64,000 nucleotides of DNA, from contig NC_043000.1 of NCBI RefSeq assembly GCF_006345805.1, positions 105,090,001 to 105,154,000 of the forward strand, given 5' to 3'. The notes below the pieces were generated by a model. That model worked only from the letters and a program-made list of their open reading frames with translations. It did no database searches and was not told where the DNA came from. Both the position numbers and the translations under genes were made by a program. Positions 1 through 11,727 of this stretch are shown piece after piece. Each line of letters starts with the position of its first letter. Position 1 is the stretch's first letter. Source of the DNA: Octopus sinensis. Its lineage: Eukaryota.

Positions 1-79
1 CAACTTCTGAAGTTCCTGTGACACTTGTGAGAAATGCCTATTCCCCATAGACTTTATAATGTTAATACTAATACAATTT

Positions 80-260
80 TCTAATATAGGCACAAGGAGA
101 AGAGGCTTGTTTTCATCTGGTACTTATTGCATCGATCCCAAAATGGTGACAAACGAAGTCGACCTCAGTGGAATTTGAACTCAGTAGGTAAGGAGCCAGA
201 AGAAATGCCGCAAAGCATTTTATCTGAGGTGTTAACGATTCTTTTGCCCTGCTGCCTAAT
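80..260 (-). mobile_element. Degenerate copy of tRNA-derived SINE family A
   Basis: Reverse complement matches the core shared with 21506, 22186 and 43562 (gtcgacct..ggaatttgaactc; ctggtactta..atcga) with many substitutions. Confidence 0.7.
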
Positions 261-264
261 AATC

Positions 265-460
265 CTTTCAACTATAGGCACAAGGTCTAAAATGTTTTTG
301 TGGAGGCGAGGAATAAAGTCGATTAAATTGATCCCAGTGTTCAACTGGTACTTATCGATCCTGTAAGAATGCAAAGCAAAGCTGACCTCCGCAGAATTTG
401 AACTCAGAACGTGAAGACGGACAATATGCCGCAAAACATTTCGGCCAGCATGCTAACGAT
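265..460 (-). mobile_element. SINE family A copy (cttgtgcctatag-type tail)
   Basis: taggcacaagg...gtcgattaaattgatcccagtgttcaactggtacttatcga...gaatttgaactcagaacgt...gcatgctaacgat aligns to the reverse complement of 22421-22617. Confidence 0.8.
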
Positions 461-487
461 AATAATAATAATAATAATAATAATATA

Positions 488-525
<38 letters not shown>

Positions 526-526
<1 letters not shown>

Positions 527-1022
527 GTGTTATCATGTACATTGTTTTGTCTTGGTATAAAAGATGGGCTACAGCAAATATTCTGCTCAATACCACAGAT
601 TTGCTTGTCAGTTGTTTGACCGTAACCAGTTGAGCATGTCCCTTAGTGGCTGACGATATGTGCATCTCTGATCACGAGCAGAAGTAGTGGGGGAGCATCA
701 TAGCCATGTGTTGAGAAGGATTCTTTGGGGTTTGAATAATTCACCTCTGGAAGCATGGGTGTTTCGTTCAACGTCCTTAAACAACCCTTATTCAGGGACC
801 TTTTGAGCGGGATGGGTTACTCGATCTGAAGAAAATTCTAACTGGGCTCCACCTGCAAGGTCATGTGCTGTTTATCTTGATATAAGATCACCATGTCGCG
901 CACATATGGTTGTGATGCATGTGCCTGGTGTACCCTTCTCAGACGGGTAGTCATGATGGGTATACTGGGCTTCGTATATTTTACCCCAGTGTCACTTAGA
1001 TGGCATGCTCTGCTCGCTCACT
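526..1022 (+). mobile_element. Unclassified ~500-bp higher-GC segment bounded by (TAA)n on both sides; possible 3' end of a non-LTR retroelement
   Basis: Non-repetitive block between (TAA)n at 460-525 and 1024-1058; ends ...ctcactc(aat)n like a retroposon tail. No protein motif recognised. Confidence 0.35.
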
Positions 1023-1023
1023 C

Positions 1024-1058
<35 letters not shown>

Positions 1059-1060
<2 letters not shown>

Positions 1061-1230
1061 GTTTCAAATTTTTCCAAAAGGGCAGCAATTTTGGGGCGAG
1101 GGATGAGTCGATTACATCGGCCCCAGTCTTCAACTGGTACTTATTTTATCGACCTCGAAAGGATCAATGGCAAAGTCGACTTCGGCGGAATTTGAACGCA
1201 GAACGGAGCGACGGGCGAAATACCTCAAAA
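1059..1230 (-). mobile_element. SINE family A copy (aattgctgccc...gaaacc tail)
   Basis: Core gtcgattacatcggccccagtcttcaactggtacttattttatcgacctcgaaaggat...gtcgacttcggcggaatttgaac, with a tail different from the other copies. Confidence 0.85.
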
Positions 1231-1244
1231 TAATAATAATAGTA

Positions 1245-1312
<68 letters not shown>

Positions 1313-1416
1313 TAACAACAACAACAACAACAATAATGATGATGATGACGACGACGACGACGATGATGATGATGATAAATACTGATGATGATGATGATGA
1401 TGATAAATACTGATGA

Positions 1417-1450
<34 letters not shown>

Positions 1451-1475
1451 GATGGTGATGATGATGATGGTGATT
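1231..1475. repeat. Compound trinucleotide microsatellite (AAT/AAC/GAT/GAC/GGT)
   Basis: Directly visible; source of the poly-N/D/H/I/L ORFs. Confidence 0.95.
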
Positions 1476-1989
1476 ATTGTTTCTTGCAAAGATAGGAGGC
1501 CCAATAATTGATAAAAAGAAGAAAAACACCGCCTGAGCGGGGATAAGCATACGTATTAATTAGATTTAGAGGCAATTAAAGGACAAAAACATCAATTAGG
1601 TAGCATATACTCAAAGTGAAACAAGCACATACAGACAGTATACACACACACAAGTATGCAAACTGAAACACATACATACGCGCGCGAGGATATATATATA
1701 TATATATATATATGCGTATGTATAGAGAAATACATAGATACGCTGCACACATCCGGTATTCAGATTAATGTTTTGAGTTTCTGTGATAAAGTTCTTAAGA
1801 GAGACTTAGGTGTAGGAGATGTCGTTATATGACGTGGGTGGATGGTTAGATGAGACACGAGTAGATATAATGAAGTGAGAAAGTGTGGAGGGGGCGACAA
1901 AAGCAGAAATTAGACTTATAATACATACAAAAACATACATATGTATGTATGCATGTATATATATATATATGCATATAAACACACACACA

Positions 1990-2061
<72 letters not shown>

Positions 2062-2491
2062 CTCACACAAAATAATATGAGCAAAGTAAGAAAAGAAAGG
2101 AAAAAGATTTAGATAAGCAAGACTGCGAGCAAAAGACGGAGAGGGGAGGGGAGGGGAGGGAGGTGGAGATATAGTGAGTACAATATGGACGAGTAGAAAG
2201 AAATAAAAAGTGAAGTGGAAGGAATACAAAGAATCGAAATATCAACAAAAGAAACAAAGCGATAAAAGAGAGGATGTAGGAAAGTGGATAGAAGATGTTA
2301 GAATGAAGAAAAAAAAGAAGCCATGAATATGCTGAATATCGTAAAGATATGCTGAGGCAGAAATGAAAAAATAACCAACAGTATATTGGAGATTGAATAA
2401 CACATGTACACACACACTCACTCATACAACATACAACACACACACACACACACACACACACAACACACACACACACACACACATTTATATA

Positions 2492-2940
2492 CGAGGAGTT
2501 ACCCGAAAGTAACTACAAACGTTCTCTGTGGGACAAGCCCGTTGTAAGTTCAGGCTTCCGCCGCTAGAAGCCACTTAGTGCGACCCTCAGGCATAACCCT
2601 GCCGACCGGTTTCGTCGCTTCAACTCGTACTGCTACCTGGTGCGTCTTTGTTTTGCAGTGCTTACCCCCTATTCGTCGATTTTTGCGATGGCTGAAATGA
2701 AGGAATAGCGCGCTTTCTTGAAATTGTTTTCTGCTGGGAAAAAACAGCGGCCAAGACTGTTTTCATGTACACGTTTACAAGTGGTCTCACGCTTTAGAAA
2801 TGGTCACTTGTCGCTTGAAGATCAATTTCGTTCAGGGCGACAGTCGACCTCCCGGATGGATGAAAACATCACAAACATTCATGAACTGATTTTGGAGGAC
2901 CTCCACCGGGCAATTGACGAACTTATTGATATGACTGCTG
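2492..2940 (+). mobile_element. Mariner transposon 5' fragment (left end plus decayed HTH region)
   Basis: Starts TA|CGAGGAGTTACCCGAAAGT. From ATG 2688 reads MAEMKE*RAF..KLF.LGKT, then WSRFRNGHLSLEDQFRSGRQSTSRMDENITNIHELILED, the mariner WFxRFxxGxxSLEDxxRSGRPST motif. Frameshifted and truncated at a (TG)n tract. Confidence 0.8.
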
Positions 2941-2947
2941 CATCCTG

Positions 2948-2981
<34 letters not shown>

Positions 2982-3129
2982 CGTTGCAAGATTCCTGATG
3001 TGAAATCGTGTGTTGAAACAGATATTGTTGTATTTCGGGATGGTCATTGTCGCTTTCGTGTCATGTCATCCCGTTGGATAGGCGAGCAAGCCAACAATTC
3101 TCTTAACAGATGCTTGTCCGTTTTAGCGT

Positions 3130-3240
3130 TTTAGCGTCACATGAAGTATTTTGCTCAAGAACTGCACGGTTCCGGAATCGAACTCCCGATCTAACGATCG
3201 TGTGTGCACCACCTGAGCACTAAGCCAGGCGCATTCACAA
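3130..3240 (-). mobile_element. Degenerate tRNA-like head of SINE family C
   Basis: Similar to 11420-11528 (tttgctcaagaac...ggaatcgaactc..acgatcg....cactaagcca.gcgc.ttcac). Confidence 0.65.
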
Positions 3241-4354
3241 CGTGAGTATATGTATGTATGTATGTATCTATGTAGCTATGTATGCATGTATTTATATATG
3301 TATATATATATATATACATATATGCATGTCTGTGTGTACATGTGTGTGTTTGTATGTATGTATGTATGTATGTATGTATGTATGTGGTCAGTCTACATTA
3401 TTCCATAAGGAGCATAGGTCCGGTTTCCTGGTTTCTCCGGCGCTGGTCTGTAGCAGATTACTCGTTTTTACTATATATATGTGAGTATATGTGTGTCTAT
3501 GTGTGTCTGTGTGAGTGTATGCGTATGTGTGCGTTTATGTATATGTATGTATATATATACACACACACATATATATATATAGGGAGAGAGAGAGAGACAG
3601 AGAGACAGAGAGAGAGAGGGAGGGAGAGAGAGCACCTTTGAAATGACTTGTGGTGTTTCATAACACCTACTGCCTAAGGCGAGAATTCTTCTCAGAGGCA
3701 AGCAGCAGTGAATATGCCCTTTGTACATGACAAAGATGTTCCAAACTTATTTTGAACTGATCTAAACTGATCATATTTATATAATTAGTTAAAAGATTCA
3801 AAAGTATCAAGGACGCTAGAAATGACTAAGTACAATAACATTTGTTCACAGTGAAGTAAACAATAATGAAGTTATCAAATATTGGTAGGATACTGTAGAT
3901 ATGTAAGTACTAAATCCAATTTAAATTGTAGATCAGACTCTGGAGTTGCTTGTAGGTGTGGTGTAAGTATAGAAAGAGAATGCAAATTGGGTTCAAAATT
4001 TACAACTGTTTCTGTAAAATTTTATTGAGGTATTCATAGATTATATCATAATAAATAATCCATCATCCTCAGGAAATATTTTGAACAGGTAAAATAAAAT
4101 ATTGATCGCGACGAATCGAACCAGCATTGTTGGATGAGTAGTATTTTGAAAAACAGAATTCGAATTTATAGAACATTAGGAATGGCTTTAACGCGTGAGC
4201 GAGAAGCGTTGAGATCAAACGACTATATTATTTCAACTCACCTATTAAAATTAGTTTACAGGTAATATTGGCGCCGAGAACGTACAATATAAATGTGTGT
4301 GAGAGAGAGAGAGAGACTGCGTGTGTGTGTGTGTACACACACATATATATATAT

Positions 4355-4433
4355 AAGCTTACTTGGAAATGGATTCGTGGCGTTCAATCAAATAATATAA
4401 ATAATATATATATACATATACACACGCATATAT

Positions 4434-4473
<40 letters not shown>

Positions 4474-4620
4474 ATATATATATATATAAGCTTACTTGGA
4501 AATGGATTCGTGGCGTTCAATCAAATAATATAAATAATATATATATATATATTATATATATATATATAAGCTTACTTGGAAATGGATTCGTGGCGTTCAA
4601 TCAAATAATATAAATAATAT
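4355..4620 (+). repeat. Three tandem copies of a ~50-bp unique unit separated by (TA)n tracts
   Basis: aagcttacttggaaatggattcgtggcgttcaatcaaataatataaataat is identical at 4355, 4488 and 4568. Confidence 0.95.
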
Positions 4621-4667
<47 letters not shown>

Positions 4668-4696
4668 ATATATATATATATATATCTATATATATA

Positions 4697-4739
<43 letters not shown>

Positions 4740-5219
4740 TGATTGAACACCACGCATTCAGTTCCAAGTAAGTTTATCTTAATTTTTTTGATGCGACTCT
4801 ATTCTATACTGTTTTTCTCCCCCATCGCTTTCTCTCTCATCCTTACTCTTCACCGTTTTCTATCTGTTTTCTCCCCTTCACCGCTTTCTATCTGTCTCTA
4901 TCTCCCTCTTTCTCCTGTTCTCTCCCTCCCCCTCTTTCTCCTGTTCTGTCTTTCGTTGCTCACACGTGATCATCGTCCGTCTTTCTTTTCTTTCAGGACT
5001 ATCTCTCTTCTATCTTTTCTCTTGTTAAAGAAAATACTTCTCCAGCGTTCGCTATTTTACCCTCGTTCTGGTCTAACGACCCTCCATGTTTGTTTTCGAT
5101 CGGTTTCCACTACCCTGTTTTTGTTCCCAACTTTAATCCTCCATAAATCCCAAATTTTATTTTGGGAATTTTGGAAGCAACTGTCCACGAAGACTCATAT
5201 TGTCGTTCAATGCTCAAAA

Positions 5220-5390
5220 TGAGGAGTAACTAGACAGCCGACAACTGATGAAGGGTCGTTTTTTATGTTACTTCTCCTGTTTTTCCATTTGTTTCACACG
5301 TTGTTTGCATATTGAACTCATTTGGTTTCGTATTTTATGTTGTTTGCTGCTGGTGACGTCCTGTACCAATATATGCATGTAAATATATAT
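5220..5390 (+). repeat. TA-associated interspersed repeat; diverged inverted partner at ~6510-6680
   Basis: agacagccgacaactgatgaagg...tggtgacgtcctgtacc.atatatgcatgta matches the reverse complement of 6510-6680 (agacaaccaacaactgatgaagg...tggtgacgttctgtacccgtatatgcatgta). Confidence 0.7.
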
Positions 5391-5421
5391 GTATATATAT
5401 ATAATATATATATATTATATA

Positions 5422-5566
5422 TATAAGTAGATGAAAGAATGGAGTTGAACGACTAGTTAACAAATATCCTTTATTCTCGACATATGTTTCAGCCTTCGAA
5501 ACATATGTCGAGAATAAAGGATATTTGTTAACTAGTCGTTCAACTCCATTCTTTCATATACTTATA
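5422..5566. repeat. Near-perfect fold-back palindrome: 69-bp arms, 7-nt loop
   Basis: 5422-5490 and 5498-5566 are reverse complements with one visible mismatch; loop agccttc. The right arm starts GAAACATATGTC. Confidence 0.95.
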
Positions 5567-5718
5567 ATTTTTAAATAAACATACAAATTTCCGCACGAAG
5601 ACACGTAGTCTATGCCCTAGCGACGTAGCTTCAACCGTGTTCTTTCTGATGTGAATTTGCTACCCAGGTATCGGTTATCTTTCGAATTATCCTTAATAAG
5701 ATAATTCATTCAATTACT

Positions 5719-5754
<36 letters not shown>

Positions 5755-5755
<1 letters not shown>

Positions 5756-6330
5756 CGGGTCATCCCATAAATAATGCGGTTTTTCAATTGCATGAACCAA
5801 AAGTCGGAGGACGGGATAAACTACCTACATCAACTTGCTATAAAAGCAGGTAGTAATTTTACCTTATCCTTATTCTTAGTCCAAGACTACAGTTCGATTT
5901 TTAACAGTTATTCAAAACTATAACGGAAGTGACAAAGGACCATATTCGGCATATTTTGCCTAATGAGTTCAATAAAAACAACAACGCACGGAAGGTGCGA
6001 GCAATATCAATGCAGTATATGGAGATGGGACAATAAGCATAAGACAGTGTCAACGGTGGTTCTAGAAATTCCGAGCCGGACACTACAGTCTAGAAGACGT
6101 CCTGCAAAACCTAGTATAATAAAGTCCCATCGTAACTGTTGAGGAACTAGTAGAGAAACTTGGATTTGATCATTCAACTATTCATTGACACCTGTGTGCC
6201 ATAGTAAATGTCAGCAAATTGGGTCAATGGGTTTCTCACAAATTTTTTTGTCTAATCGCGCGCAGAGAGTGAATGTGCGGTCTTCTTTACTGTCAGGTCT
6301 CACGAATGAACACTTTTTGGAGCGAAGAAT
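5755..6330 (+). mobile_element. Mariner transposon 5' fragment (second family)
   Basis: Start codon decayed to ACG at 5923: EVTKDHIRHIL..EFNKNNNA, AVYGDGTISIRQCQRWF*KFRAGHYSLED, PIVTVEELVEKLGFDHSTIH*HL, SKLGQWVSH. Matches the mariner N-terminus up to the WVPH motif; several frameshifts and one internal deletion. Confidence 0.82.
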
Positions 6331-6798
6331 TATATAAAGAACTAACAAAAACAAAATCAAAGCGTCTGATAACCAAATGCCTGAATGATTATGTTATATA
6401 TATATATATATATATAATATATATATATATAATATATATATTATATATATATATATATCTGGTTATCCATGGACGCGCGTTTCTGAATTAGGTTTTGCAT
6501 AAAGAATATAAAATTGCATATATACATGCATATACGGGTACAGAACGTCACCAACTGTTCAAATAACATGAAATACGTAAACAAACGAGTGAAATAGGTA
6601 AACAACGAGAAAAAATGGACAACAGGACAAATAAACACAGAGAAAGGATCCTTCATCAGTTGTTGGTTGTCTTAACATTTTTTAATAAAATATATTTGGA
6701 TGGAACCTAGCTCTAATTTTCATATGTACACTGCATATTTTTCTACACGGTAGTCTCTGGAAAGTATCCCCTATAAAAAAAAATTGAGTGTATATGAT

Positions 6799-6989
6799 TT
6801 CATGTGCTGAGAGCATGCTAGACAGTATTCTTTAATACATCTGATGTCTTAGCACAATCATCATCCACTGCCCACATGGCATAATGAATCAAAAATAGGA
6901 CAGATCGCACCATGTAGGCAGTGTCTAATGATTGTGCTAAAACACCAGACATGTTAAAAATACTGTCTGGCATGCTCTCAGCACATGAA
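6799..6989. repeat. Imperfect inverted repeat (~80-bp arms, ~30-nt spacer); MITE-like
   Basis: ttcatgtgctgagagcatgc.agacagtatt...cactgcc.acatgg (6799-6879) versus the reverse complement of 6910-6989. Confidence 0.85.
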
Positions 6990-7135
6990 ACTAATTGTAG
7001 CGCATAAAAGCATATGTTGTGTTTATTAAATGATATTTATTTCTCACCAGATGGAATGCTTTTCTGTTGGTCTTATCATCACAGAACAGTACACTATACA
7101 TACATATATATAAATATATGTGTGCGTGTAAGTAC

Positions 7136-7199
<64 letters not shown>

Positions 7200-7256
7200 T
7201 ATATATATAATATATATTATATATATATATATATTATATATTATATATATTATATT

Positions 7257-8211
7257 GCACACATATGTATGTATGTATGTATGTAAAGTAACAAATGACA
7301 GAGAAATAGTTTGATGAAATTTTATTTAACAGTGAGAAAATTCTAATATCACGAGGGACTGTTTCGTAACTTACAAACATGTAAATAATATTCATACTAT
7401 TATATTTGATAATAAATAATTTACATGCCTGCATTAATGCTAAATCCAAAAAACTCCTTCGAAATAATTCATTATTTTGAAGAATTTTTTTTTTTGCATT
7501 TTGCATTTGCATTAATGGTGGCTTTAATTATAGTTATAATTATTTTACATGTTTTTAAGTTGCGAAACAATTCCTCGTGATATTAGAATTTTCTCATTGT
7601 TAAATAAAATATTATCAAACTATTTCTCTTTATTTATAACTTCACACACTCCTTATCGTTTTCTCTTCAGCACGTCTTTGTACTATATATTCAGCATATC
7701 TTTGTAGAATGATACATTAAAGAACTTTTTTATGAGTACGACCAGATTATTTGAATCCATAAATTGTATTTTTTTGTAATTGTATTTTTTTGTAATTGTA
7801 TTTTTATTTTGTATTTTATTTTGTATTTAATTTTGTATTTTATTTTGTAATTTTATTTGTATCGTTTTTACGTCCTGTTGTGTCACATTTTGTTCTTTCC
7901 TTGTTTTTAACCCTCTGCGAAGTAATTTCCTTTAATTTCTTCGCAGGAAGGGCTAGTTCGACGAGTCGTGTTCTGTCCTCACCTTCGAAACACGGGATTT
8001 TCCTTGTGTAGTTTGTCTAGTACTTTGTTTTTTTTTGTAAAAAAAAGATTCGTTCCATGCTTATTTTTACGTTTTCGCTCTCGTTGAGTTCTGTGTCTAT
8101 TTGTGGTGTCCTGTACTCACGTATATATATTATATATGCATGTATATATACATGTAGATGTAGGTACGTACATATATGTATGTATGTATGCATATATTTT
8201 ATTTATTACAC

Positions 8212-8274
<63 letters not shown>

Positions 8275-8304
8275 TATATATATATTATATAATATATATT
8301 ATAT

Positions 8305-8335
<31 letters not shown>

Positions 8336-9294
8336 TATATATTATATATTATATTGCACACATATGTATGTATGTATGTATGTAAAGTAACAAATGACAG
8401 AGAAATAGTTTGATGAAATTTTATTTAACAGTGAGAAAATTCTAATATCACGAGGGACTGTTTCGTAACTTACAAACATGTAAATAATATTCATACTATT
8501 ATATTTGATAATAAATAATTTACATGCCTGCATTAATGCTAAATCCAAAAAACTCCTTCGAAATAATTCATTATTTTGAAGAATTTTTTTTTTTTGCATT
8601 TTGCATTAATGCAGGCTTTAATTATTTACATGTTTTTAAGTTGCGAAACAATTCCTCGTGATATTAGAATTTTCTCATTGTTAAATAAAATATTATCAAA
8701 CTATTTCTCTTTATTTATAACTTCACACACTCCTTATCGTTTTCTCTTCAGCACGTCTTTGTACTATATATTCAGCATATCTTTGTAGAATGATACATTA
8801 AAGAACTTTTTTATGAGTACGACCAGATTATTTGAATCCATAAATTGTATTTTTTTGTAATTGTATTTTTTTGTAATTGTATTTTTATTTTGTATTTTAT
8901 TTTGTATTTAATTTTGTATTTTATTTTGTAATTTTATTTGTATCGTTTTTACGTCCTGTTTGTGTCACATTTTGTTCTTTCCTTGTTTTTAACCCTCTGC
9001 GAAGTAATTTCCTTTAATTTCTTCGCAGGAAGGGCTAGTTCGACGAGTCGTGTTCTGTCCTCACCTTCGAAACACGGGATTTTCCTTGTGTAGTTTGTCT
9101 AGTACTTTGTTTTTTTTTTGTAAAAAAAAGATTCGTTCCATGCTTATTTTTACGTTTTCGCTCTCGTTGAGTTCTGGTCTATTTGTGGTGTCCTGTACTC
9201 ACGTATATATATTATATATGCATGTATATATACATGTAGATGTAGGTACGTACATATATGTATGTATGTATGCATATATTTTATTTATTACACT
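7257..9294 (+). repeat. Tandem duplication of a ~1.1-kb unit bounded by (TA)n tracts
   Basis: 7257-8212 and 8356-9294 are near-identical apart from homopolymer-length changes and one ~30-bp indel. Confidence 0.95.
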
Positions 9295-9310
9295 ATATAT
9301 ATATACATAT

Positions 9311-9365
<55 letters not shown>

Positions 9366-10079
9366 ATATGTGTGTATGGGGAGAATTCACAAAAGAAAAG
9401 ACGAAGACAGGTGGTGTAGACAACCATGTATATGTATGCGTGTGCGTGTGTGTTTGCTGAAATCAGCAAATCAGCAAGGTCATTGAAGCATGGTCATTAA
9501 TTCATCTAGGCACTTTGACTGGCAAGACATATTGGTCTCCCAGAATCTCTCAACAAGAAATCGAGTGTGTTGTGAACACGTAACCGTCGTAAAGGAGTTG
9601 TCCTGTGACGGGGAAAGGAGAAAGAGGTGGATCGGTGGAAAATGCGAAAGAAAAAAACAGAAGCCGATGGAGGCGACGAGAAGCATATAAGACGGAACCG
9701 ACAGCAATGATGAGGCTGAGGATGATCATAATGATGATGTAGATGATAATAATGGTTGAGATAATAGTGTTGATGATGATGATAGGTGACTCCACACAAA
9801 CAGGAAGAGATAAGATGAGCCACACACCTGACAACGCAAAGATAAAAACAGAGCGAGAGAGAGAGAGATTTCCGATTTAAGTCTTATCGTTATTGATGCA
9901 TCCTAAAGGGATACACATATGGCTAGAGATTATGTAATTGAATCTTATATACACAATACTGGTGCAAGAGGAGGCATGCCTTATGGGGCAGACGTGCGTT
10001 TGCATTTGCATGTATTTCATGTTTGCATGTGTATGTACATATATGTGTTTACATATGCCCCCACACACAACATACATGC

Positions 10080-10133
<54 letters not shown>

Positions 10134-10134
10134 T

Positions 10135-10290
10135 ATTTTATTCTTTTACTTGTTTCAGTCAGTTAACTGCCGCCATTCTGGAGCACCGCCTTTAGTCGAG
10201 CAAATCGACCCCAGAACTTATTCTTTGTAAGCCTAGTACGTATTCTATCGGTCTCTTTTGCCGAACCGCTCAGTTACGGGGACGTAAACA
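10135..10290 (-). mobile_element. 3' half of SINE family B
   Basis: cttttacttgtttcagtc...ggagcaccgcctttagtcgagcaaatcgaccccag...gccgaaccgct.agttacggggacgtaaac is the reverse complement of 50020-50196. Confidence 0.9.
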
Positions 10291-10661
10291 CACCACCATC
10301 GGTTGTCTTGTGAGAGGATTGAGCGTTACGGAAACCCAAGCTTTCGGAAGTCCAAGCTATCTTCTGTTAAACAATAGCTGATAGATCATGAGCCGATGAA
10401 AGAAGCTTCTAAGAAGTTCCTGAAACGGCAAGAAATAACGGCCAAATTATATTTAAGCTGTGTTGTACCATCTTGAAGTACGATACATGTAAGTGTGGTT
10501 TAGTCCGAGCTACACAGCCTGGTGAAAAAAACCAAATGGTCATGAATTCTGTATTTTTAATCATAATGACTCACCCACTTTTTGGTGAACCATATCTAAA
10601 ACTAGGTAAATAAAACCTTCGAACAGAGATAGTCGGAAGCGACACCTACTGGTCTGACTAC

Positions 10662-10703
10662 GCTACATTCACAAGGGGCAATACCCCGAAACGCGTCAGT
10701 AGC
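10662..10703 (+). ncRNA. Type I hammerhead motif, copy 1 (probably inactive)
   Basis: GCTACA-TTCACAA-GGGG-CAATA-CCCC-GAAACGCGTC-AGTAGC: G5 is replaced by C and the first stem I pair is mismatched. Confidence 0.55.
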
Positions 10704-11000
10704 TGTCGATCAAGTAGTGTGGAGCGACTGACCTCCCTTGTTCGAAGGTTATATGGATACAGTTTGTGTATCAAATACTACTTAAGGCGATGGCCTCATG
10801 GAGCTAATAAGCGACACTTTATTCTTATTTTTATAAGAATGCCTATTAGTAACTGCGATAACTATTATTTCCAGGAACGCTGCCGTGTTCTCTTTTAGAG
10901 TAATTTTAATATTTCTATTATTGAAAACAGTGGATGTATTCCCCAAACAGGTATAAAACCTTCGAACAGAATAGTCGGAAGCGCACCTACAGGTCTGACT

Positions 11001-11045
11001 ACGTCACCTTGACAAGGGGCCAATACCCCGAAACGCGTCTGTAGC
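11001..11045 (+). ncRNA. Type I hammerhead motif, copy 2 (core kept, stem I 5' strand altered)
   Basis: ACGTCACC-TTGACAA-GGGG-CCAATA-CCCC-GAAACGCGTC-TGTAGC. Confidence 0.55.
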
Positions 11046-11192
11046 TGTCGATCAAGTAGTGCGGAGCGACTGACCTCGCCTGTTCGAGTATATGGATACA
11101 GTTTGTGTATCAAATAGCTAACTTAAGGCGATGGCCTCATGGAGCTAATAAGCGGACAGCTTTATTCTTATTTTTATAAGAATGCCATATTA

Positions 11193-11528
11193 AGGGTAAA
11201 GACCCCCTCGGTCATGAATGACCATGGATTGCACCTAGAAATTACCCTCCTAGACACAAGTCCGGGCAAGTTTTTATGGACGACCAGCAGTCGCCCATGC
11301 ATACCAGCCTCCCCTCTCCACGCCACAGTGTTATCCAAGGGAAAGACAAAGGTCGATACAGCTTGGAACCAGTGACGTCGCAACTCATTTCTACAGCTGA
11401 GTGAACTGGAGCAACGTGAAATAAAGTGTTTTGCTCGAGAACACAACACGCAGCCCGGTCCGGGATTCGAGCTCACAACCTCACGATCGTAAGCTCGACG
11501 CTCTAACCACTGAGCCATGCGCCTTCAC
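11193..11528 (-). mobile_element. Full-length tRNA-derived SINE (family C) inserted in the hammerhead array
   Basis: Minus strand begins gtgaaggcgcatggctcagtggttagagcg (A box)...gagctcgaatcccgg (B box), then a central ttgctccagttcactcagctgtagaaatgag domain. Absent from the equivalent junction at ~10845-10870. Confidence 0.88.
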
Positions 11529-11685
11529 TCTTAATTTCCAGGAACGCTGCCGTGTTCTCTTTTAGAGAGACTTAGTAATTTTAATATTTCTATTATTGAA
11601 AACAAGTGGATGTATTCCACCGAAACTAGGTAAATAAAACCTTCGAACAGAGATAGTCGGAAGCGACACCTACTGGTCTGACTAC

Positions 11686-11727
11686 GCTACATTGACAAGG
11701 GGCAATACCCCGAAACGCGTCTGTAGC
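11686..11727 (+). ncRNA. Type I hammerhead motif, copy 3 (complete fold); predicted cleavage 3' of C11721
   Basis: Stem I GCUACA/UGUAGC; core U3 U4 G5 A6 C7 A8 A9; stem II GGGG/CCCC with CAAUA loop; G12 A13 A14; palindromic helix III ACGCGU; C17 (GUC triplet). Stem I can extend via ACUAC/GUAGU across a 10-nt bulge. Confidence 0.72.

Noticed and set aside
2718-3134. 138-aa ORF as a host gene
   Set aside because: It is a frameshifted mariner fragment read through a (TG)n tract.
4355-4620. Identical repeats with variable spacers, resembling a CRISPR array
   Set aside because: Eukaryotic context, spacers are pure (TA)n and no cas genes are present.
11440-11528. tRNA-like sequence on the minus strand
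   Set aside because: A and B boxes are present but there is no closed acceptor stem, and it runs into a SINE body; it is a SINE head.
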